A stretch of DNA of 64,000 nt from contig NW_026863809.1 in assembly GCF_026571515.1 (NCBI RefSeq), positions 1-64,000 of the forward strand. Direction: 5' to 3'. A program made the translations under genes and the position numbers. Below, piece by piece: positions 56,101-64,000 of this stretch; position 1 is the stretch's first letter, and the number at the start of each line of letters is the position of its first letter. Origin of the DNA: Ruditapes philippinarum (lineage: Eukaryota). Below the pieces are notes generated by a model. It was given only the letters and a program-made list of their open reading frames with translations. It made no database searches and was not told where the DNA came from.

Positions 56101-57564
56101 GTGATTATGTGACGATATGATGGCGGAACTGTAAAAGTTTTATTTTTGTTACCCTTGAAAACTTGTATGGATTTTACGCCTTTATCATTTAATACTTGAA
56201 CACTTTCAAACGGTTATATAATTTTATTCCATTGCTTACAGGACTGTTTATGCCATTTTAATAATTGTGACCAATTATTCTCAATACATATATAAAAAAC
56301 AGTTATATTCAATGTACATTGTATTTCAAAAGGAATAATTGTTTTCAATTTTATTGTAAATGTGCACGATTTCAGATCAAAGTAAGTGGTAAAAGGTCAG
56401 ATATGTCATATGTCACCCTAAGTATGTGTAAGTTTTGTGTATTTGTTAAGAATGAAAGGGTAGTATTTGTCAAATACTACCTTATATGAATGAACAGTTA
56501 TTCTATTAACTTGAACTCCCTTAGCGGCATAAGGTCATATTTGCCATATGCGACCTTTTCATTCTAATATCTCTAGCAAAAAGTAGTAGGAGAAAAAGGG
56601 CGTATGTACAGTATTGATGATATTGATTGATTGATTAGATATTTTGTATGTTTGTATATAAGAATATTAAGATGATATAATAACATCTAACATAAGAATA
56701 ATTGGTTTTCTCTGAATTCAAGTTTTGATTTTTTTAGACAGGTATAAACCTTTAAACTCTGTTCCTGAAAATTATGAAAAATGCACTTACGACCTTTTAC
56801 TTCTTAGGTGACGATATATAATTAATGAAAACTTCCTCCCTAAAAAGGCTGTACTAAAATTATTTTACCTCAAACAAAAGTCAATTTGTTAGTTCTGAAT
56901 GTTTTACAAATAAACACAAGTCAAAAGTTATTAAGCCTTGAATTTGCAATTAAGTTTTACGAATGAGCTAAATTTTTCTTTAGAAAATCATTTGAAATAT
57001 TACTTTAATAATCATACATTGATGGCCTGTATTCATCTTTGTCAATTTATTCAGTCACACTTAACACAATTATTTTAAGGGGAAAATCCAAGACAACATA
57101 ATTTAAAGGCCAATTTTACAAATATTATGCAATAATTCTTAAATCCTTTAAAAAAAAAAACAGAAAATCATTTTTGTCACCAAAACTTATTTCTGATAAA
57201 CCAAACTATCCATGTTTGCAATGATTATGCATTAATTTATCTTTCTGTATATAACACCAAACTCGAATGTTTTGTTTGAAACGAGCATGTTTATATACCT
57301 ACAAACAATTTACATTCATGTTAGAATATCTTGGTGTTGATCATCGGCTTATCTGTTAAAATTTATTTCGATATAACACTGCATGTATATAGTAGATTGA
57401 ATTATATATAAAATTGTTTTTGAAAAATAATCTTACCTTATGTACTTAATTTTTGGTAGTTCAACTTCATCAGTTTTATCCTCATGACTATCTTCTTTAT
57501 CTTTATCCTTCTTATGACTTCCTTTTCTACGAAATGAAAACCGGTTCACGGAAATCCTATCCAT
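46923..57564 (-). CDS. NAXE: NAD(P)HX epimerase-like (YjeF_N) paralogue B, 6 coding exons, 288 aa, GNNGGDG changed to GNNGGCG
   Basis: Exons 57437-57564, 49260-49368, 48602-48712, 48155-48332, 47687-47770, 46923-47179 total 867 nt in one open frame. Internal exon lengths are identical to copy A. Confidence 0.93.
47687..47770 (-). CDS. NAXE: NAXE-B exon 5
   Basis: 84 nt, same peptide as copy A with 9 synonymous differences, cag/gtatgt. Confidence 0.93.
48155..48332 (-). CDS. NAXE: NAXE-B exon 4
   Basis: 178 nt, [17 protein letters not shown]...[11 protein letters not shown], cag/gtaatt. Confidence 0.92.
48602..48712 (-). CDS. NAXE: NAXE-B exon 3
   Basis: 111 nt, [37 protein letters not shown], aag/gtatgt. 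Confidence 0.93.
49260..49368 (-). CDS. NAXE: NAXE-B exon 2
   Basis: 109 nt, (S)[36 protein letters not shown], cag/gtgag. Confidence 0.93.
50875..50900. repeat. (TA)n microsatellite
   Basis: Seen directly. Confidence 0.9.
53030..55930 (+). pseudogene. Disrupted transposase gene: low-complexity repeats, OTU-like domain, Sola1-type transposase segments
   Basis: Apparent exons from ATG 53030 (G|gt), ~53305-53371, and from 53645; many stops and frameshifts; no recognisable DDD core between ...CENF and [14 protein letters not shown]. Confidence 0.7.
53660..54180 (+). repeat. Coding-type degenerate tandem repeat (~42-nt unit, HVNExExQxS)
   Basis: Recurring CA(C/T)(G/A)T(G/A)AATGA and CTAGTAAC words. 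Confidence 0.75.
57437..57564 (-). CDS. NAXE: NAXE-B coding exon 1 (128 nt)
   Basis: [42 protein letters not shown], then AG|gtaag; joins exon 2 as KYISQKEA (NAXE KYLSQxEA-like). Confidence 0.87.
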
Positions 57565-57765
57565 CTATCTCCTTAAAACTTAACTAAAGGGACAGTTATC
57601 TTTAATGTGACAATTTAAGGAAATGCACAACAATAACCTTTCTATTAAATTATGTATATATAAATATTTTCCTGTAAAGTTCCTTCACATATTAAACAAG
57701 CTGACACCTTATACTGTTTTTGAAGAAAAGTTAAGATCGTTAATCATGACAATGCAATATGAAAA

Positions 57766-57900
57766 TTAAACCCTGAGGAAGATAACAGTTGTTTAACAAG
57801 ACGCAAACTAATACCGCATGCAACTGGCAATCAGATGACAAACACTACTTAACATTTTTCCAATAACATCACGAGATGTCTCCCTTCACTTTCCAATATA
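57766..57900 (-). promoter_or_regulatory. Conserved upstream block of NAXE-B (candidate proximal promoter or 5' UTR)
   Basis: Paralogous to 33180-33314. Confidence 0.45.
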
Positions 57901-59538
57901 ATATTACGGGTTAAACGGACAATTCGGAATCAGAACAACACGAATGTTGTGTTGCAGTTTCATAAGTTAATTTCACGAGAACGATGCTTTTGTCAACTAT
58001 ATTGTCGACTTGCTCTGATCAATTTCAACCTTCATTTTGTAAAATTTAACGCCGTTGCATGACTTTTGTCTGGTTATATTTACGACATGTTTTTCTACAA
58101 TTTCCTGTTTAGTATGTTATTTCAAAACGATGCGTGTTTCTTGTAAAAATGTATTAGGACTTCATAACGTTAATTATCTTTTCTTTTTAGGAATATAAAA
58201 ATAAATACGAATCAATATATTCTTTATAATTTTATGTGGCGAATTTTATTACATTGTAACAAACAGCTCTTATAATGTTATTTTCACGTCAATAAATTTC
58301 ATTTGCAGTGCAAATTAGACGTTGTATAAACATATACTACTTTCTATCTTAATCCAAAAAACAAATGGCTTCGACGGACATCACTTGTCTTATAATTATA
58401 TCATAGACAAACATTCTCAGATGAACACCCATTGAAATTGTGTTATATCTAATTGTTCTCAAACCGTGATTGCATTGGCAATTGTAAGATGAAAATCTTA
58501 CAATTATAACTCATATACAGATAATACTAGCACTATTAGTACTTAGAGACAGCACATATTTGCAATTCATTTTTCTGGTAACATAGCCAACATCTGACCA
58601 AAATATTTTTAAGTTTATTTTTCTCACAAATTGTATTAATTCGTCCAGAATGATACTAATAATAATCATAAAATATATTTTTTTTTTATATCTAACAAGC
58701 AAACGTTTGTTTTTAAATTGCAAATCCACAACCTGAGTCTTTATGATATGTCATTTGTCAACAATACCCGATGCATGTTTTGTTAGAAGTTGGATAAAAT
58801 TAAAGTTTCTTACCATTTTAGTTATTAAAAACATTCATAGATTTACTTGATTCAGAATTGTAAATTATTATTTGAAAAGGTTCCATTCTGCTTGAGTGAA
58901 AAACCTATAAAAGGTTTAAACTATTTGACGAATGAGATCAAAAGGTAGAATTTCCACGAAGATATTATTATACTTATCTTTATCGAGAAAATGCTACCTA
59001 TGATTCACTATAAATTGCCGAGTCACACTTAGTAATCAATAATATAACAGGTTTGATAAGTAATGACGAAAATGTCTGAAACAGTTAAATAACAATATAT
59101 TTAAATTTAATCATTGTATGTTTTCGTCATCATACAAAGGACAAACTTTAGAAAAAAAAACATTACGTCTTCCCTTTCTATACATTTACTAGAAGCATTA
59201 TGTTACCATAGAAACATTGACTGAAAATATAAGTGTGGATTTTGAATGTACATGTACTAGAAACAAATTAATTCTAAGGTTTTTAGAAACAATTGTGTCG
59301 AGCACAAATAAAGGAACTGGTTACTTTGGTTTCTGAGAGAAAAGGAAAATATTTTTTTTTTCATTTATATCTCTTATTTATAAAAGTAAATAACAAATAA
59401 AATCAATACTCAAATGAGAGATATGGCGTTTATATATCGAAGTAAGAGAGTTTAACATACCTGTTAATTATTTACAACAAATTACGGTAACTATAACTGA
59501 CATTTTGCCTAATCTAGCGAACAGGTTTCCTAAAACAG

Positions 59539-59581
59539 ATTATTATTGTTATTATAGTTGTAATTGTTATTGTTATTATTA

Positions 59582-59620
<39 letters not shown>
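59539..59620. repeat. (ATT)n/(GTT) microsatellite
   Basis: Seen directly. Confidence 0.9.
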
Positions 59621-59621
<1 letters not shown>

Positions 59622-60902
59622 ATACCAACGTTGCAAACAGACAGAATGATGTATGTTAAATGTTTTTTAAGCTAAACCATTTTGACTGAGTGCATGTTTA
59701 CTTTATGTTCTATGCACGTGACTTAAACATGAGATTCATCTTCTCTGTGTTATTTATTTTGTCAAAAAAGGATAAACAACAATACCTAATGAAACATAAA
59801 AATGTTATTCCTCTATTTTTTCAGATCAAATACAAACGTTTATTTCTAGTGATTTATACAATTAAGCATGCTTGTTACTGCTTTAGAAATTGTGAATTCG
59901 TCCTTGAATAAATTGTATATTTAAAGGAAGTAAAGTCATTTTAACATGTTTAGGTTTCCATTGATAAATGAGTATTACTATATGTCATTTTACTGTGCAA
60001 TATACCTTACATCATTCTTATTTTGATAATGTAAGTTAATAGGGCTTTATTTTATCACATCAAAATTAATTATATTTCTATTATACCAAATAAATGTAAC
60101 ATAATGTTATATGCATTTAAAAGCATATATTACACTCATCACAAGATTGCAATAACTCAGAAAACGTGATACTGTTTAATATACATAAACTAAATCCTTT
60201 TACGTGATATTTATTACTTATAACACCTCTCTTTAATCTTCTTTTAAGTCGCATGTTATCATCATTAAAATGATTGGATTTTCTATGAAAAGATCTAAGC
60301 CATTTAACTTTTTATCGATCTTTTAGCAAGGCCAATTACTAACATGATGTTTTTTCCACCTTTCAATATTGTGTCAATTTGTAATTCTTGTAACCTAGAC
60401 ATTTACTTTAAGGCGTTCAGTAAAAAAAAGTTAACCTAGACATTTACTTTGAAATGCGTTTTAAGAAATTTTACTCATAAGCATTTTTATTTCTATTACA
60501 TGGTAAGAAAAACGACAAGGTCCTTACATTTTCCTCTCAAAATAACTCTAAACTAAAGTTGACAGTTACACATCACTATGGATGGTTGGGAAACGCATCG
60601 AAATTAATCATTGATGCTTCATTTAAAGTTCAATTTCATTATGAACATATGAAAACATTCTCGAGTTTTTTTCCTAGGAAAATTCTAGCCTTTGGGATTA
60701 TATATAAATTTATTTGTATTTCAGTAATAGAAAATTCTGCAAGCAATAGCGTACAGTTCTTTAAGGCATATATTCGTGTTTTTAATGCATCGTAATTAAT
60801 TAACATCCTCAATTTAAATTTATATTATTGGCAAACACTTTATTTGTTTTAATAATGTTAATGCACATTTGCGAGCAACACTTACATGAAAGCATTTCAT
60901 TA

Positions 60903-61206
60903 AAAGGTAAAGGTCTTGTTTGTTATAGTGTCACCCCCTACTGAAAGGGCCAGCCATTTTTACTTATGAGACACCTTTTGGTTGCATACCATGTACCTCC
61001 CAATTTCCTACCACTTTTGCCAGGCGCCAGGCGGATAGAAATCGGGTAACCATTCATTTTAACTACCTCGCGGCTCACGAAGCGGCCATTTCGGAATGAG
61101 TCCCACGAGAAAACATTCATCCTTCAATTAACGCTCCCCGGGGGCTCGAACCTTCGAACCTCCCGATCCGAAGGCGGACGGCCTTAACCACTAGGCCAAC
61201 GGTACC
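60903..61206 (-). mobile_element. tRNA-derived SINE, second family
   Basis: Minus strand: A box TGGCCTAGTGG, B box GGTTCGAGCCC, GC-rich body, tail ACAAACAAGACCTTTACCTTT. Confidence 0.82.
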
Positions 61207-64000
61207 GTTTATGATGTCGAAACGTGTTCGTTTTGTCGTTGGTGATATTTTATTAGACAAACAGATGCATTTTTATATTTAAGTTAGTTTTTTGAGACTT
61301 ATACCAACAAAACCCCATTCATTTTACAAACGTTTACATTAGTTTCAAAATTGATGAGATTTCTCGAAAGGTCAATCTTGGAACACTCACACGTATTTTA
61401 TTTGAAACAAACAAAGCCATTTTCGATAAACCGCGTCTATCATTGATAAAAAATATGTTTCAAATAGAAAGAAATATGAATCCCAAAAGAAGGCCCAACA
61501 AACCTATATTTAATCTAATAAATAAGTGTTTGGATTTATATTATTACCGGTGAAAAATGGGTTAAAGGTTCAAATCTATCAAAACTAACAATGTGTATAA
61601 GAAAAAATTATCAACTATATTACAATTTTTAACAGTAACATTCATAATAATAAAAAATAAACGCAATTTGGTTTGAACAATGTATGTTTGTAACACAATC
61701 AGTACGAAAGGACATAGCATGAAGAAGTTTTGATATAAATGGGATCTGAAATCTATTGAGAAAAGAAGTACATCTGTTAAAGATGAAATGCCAGAAATTT
61801 TACTTGAAAAATAACAGAAACATTATGTTGAACGACATAAAGAAAAAAATATTGTAGTAGATTAATGCATGTTGTTTTCTTTTTCAAAATATATTAACAC
61901 AAGAAAAAATATATAACTGATGCTAACAGCTTTATATATTTCAAGAACAATGGTCCGTTACAAAATCCATTTAACTTTTCCCTTTGCAACGATTAAACTT
62001 TTGTTTTGTAATTTCGATCGAGCAAAATAATACTAAACTCATCGCATGCTAACATCAATTAATTTTTCCTTTTTTTTTTTTAATGGTGGGCATTTCTTGC
62101 AAGTTACCCATTTTCCCCCTATTAGGACTTATCTTCAGCAAAATATAGAAATATTAATTTGGATATTCCCTTTTAAAAATGAAACTATAAATTATTAACT
62201 TTGAATCCTTTTTTGTCTCAATCTTTGTAATAAATCATTCTTGCGTATCTCTATTATAACTTCATTACTTTAAACATTCCATTCTACGGAATGTAGCAGT
62301 TGTATTTTAAATAAAGTCAGGTTAAGGAATGATTTTTTTTTGTCAGATAAAGAAGTACATTAAAATTTTGTAAAGCATTATCTCGAAATGTAGTTAAGAT
62401 ATACATGTAGCAACTAGTTCTTAAATGGAAAATAAAAAAAAATCATTGTCCAAATTCAGGTTTACAACCTTTTAACGTACGTTGATTTAGTATTGTGAAA
62501 GTATATCAATATGTTCTCAAAAGTATGAAATACAGCTGATGGGTTGGCATCATCTTATTTTTTTGAATTTGCATTAATTCTGATACTTGTTAACTTTCGA
62601 CTCATATGCTTCTGATAATCTTTTTCTTAATTAATTTCATGTCCCTTGACTAAACTGAAATCTTCCTCTTTTAAATTTTATGGGAAGGGGACAAAATAAT
62701 ATTTTTTTTTTTAAGCGTTGACATTTAAAAACATGCCGCATTGTTAAAATAAAATGTTCAAACAAATTATCCAGATTTCTGAAAATTCTTTGACAACCCA
62801 AATGGAATGTTCTGCTCTGGATAATTTTCCACCCCGGAAAACAATTGTGCCCTTCACAAGAATTTTTGCAAATATATAAATTACTAAAAGGTAACACGTT
62901 TGCTTCATAGGGAAGGCCTATTGATGGTATATTTCGGGGCCAAAACCAATAGATTACACAAGAATAAAAACTATAATTTATTTGTTTACGTCTTTCAATC
63001 CGAATTCTTATTCGTTTCGTTATTTATATAATAAAAAATATCTAGTAAGTCTTTGAATTTAATCGTGTTAACACGAAAAACTAACTTGTTAAGTCAGATT
63101 AGTTTTAACCGAGATAATTTTAATTTGGGGTTTAAATGTTGGCAGAAAAAATTTCCACCATTGGAAAGGGCCCAAAAGGGAAAAAGATCTTTAAAATTTA
63201 AAGTTAATTTTTGGAAAGTTCAAATGAACAACTATACCATAAGAAATACAAAAACAATAAATTTGAAAAAAAGAAAAGAAAAAAAACGACATTCTATCAC
63301 ATAACCAGAAAAAGATTTGGTAAATTACGATTATTTCTCTTATAATATTGAATTTATTTGTTCTGTATTCTGATATGAGTTACTACTATCCTCCTCTACA
63401 TATCCAGCACGGCAAAGAAAATATTGATCATTGACAGTACATATTTTCTGTATTAAGCCTAACGAATAATAGTGTAACGAGCAGTTACAGATAAGGAAAA
63501 GGAAATGATTTGTGTCAAATTGCCTTCAGCAAGACAGATGTGCTATAATCTCCGACTTTAATTGTCAGATATAAATGTGATGAGATTCTAACATATGTCT
63601 TACTTTACATGGTTAATTACATGGAATGACATGTATAATAAATAACACTCACATGTTTGCCACACCCAACTTACCTGTCTTTTACAGATCGTTTTAACTT
63701 TCATCTTTTTTTGTAATAGTCCATGGTGACAGTTTGGAAACAAAACACATTTAAATTCACATCCCAAGTTGCAAAGGTTTTCAACAAACTCTTTCAAATT
63801 GTAAGATGATAGTCTGTTTGGTCTACTAATCAAGGTGATTATGTCTTATAAACTTTGAAAAGGATTTGCTTAAACAGATGAACCAGTGCACATCATGGAT
63901 GCGCTTTTAGACTTGCTACACTATTGGACATGCTACGCTTTTGTTATTGCTGCGCCTATGAAATTGCTGTGCTTCTGAGACTTGTTAAGAAAGAATGGCT

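Larger units (their letters stand above)
52539..56813 (+). mobile_element. Sola1-like DNA transposon (decayed, internally deleted) in NAXE-B intron 1
   Basis: TIRs CGTTACCTGAGTGGTAAAAGGTCGTAA / TTACGACCTTTTACTTCTTAGGTGACG; ATAT target duplication (52535-52538, 56814-56817; AWWT is the Sola1 preference); remnants [38 protein letters not shown]. Confidence 0.82.

Overview
AT-rich, intron-containing animal DNA, probably from a bivalve mollusc (inferred from a Meta-core-like tRNA SINE and Helentron/Pearl-type repeats); one assembly gap (34843-34998). The only supportable host genes are two tandem minus-strand paralogues of NAD(P)HX epimerase (NAXE/APOA1BP, YjeF_N family), each with six coding exons, in an old ~20 kb tandem duplication (~24.0-44.25 kb and ~44.3-63.47 kb). 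Their defects are complementary. Copy A (26420-32944) keeps the GNNGGDG motif but has a 1-nt frameshift in exon 1 as assembled. Copy B (46923-57564) has an intact 288-aa frame but reads GNNGGCG. Both share unusual charged termini and non-canonical residues near the substrate site. Intron 1 of copy B holds a decayed 4.3 kb Sola1-like transposon with an OTU-protease remnant. The rest is MITEs, SINEs, Helentron-like repeats, microsatellites and a few decayed coding-like patches. Family assignments come from motif recall, not database searches.
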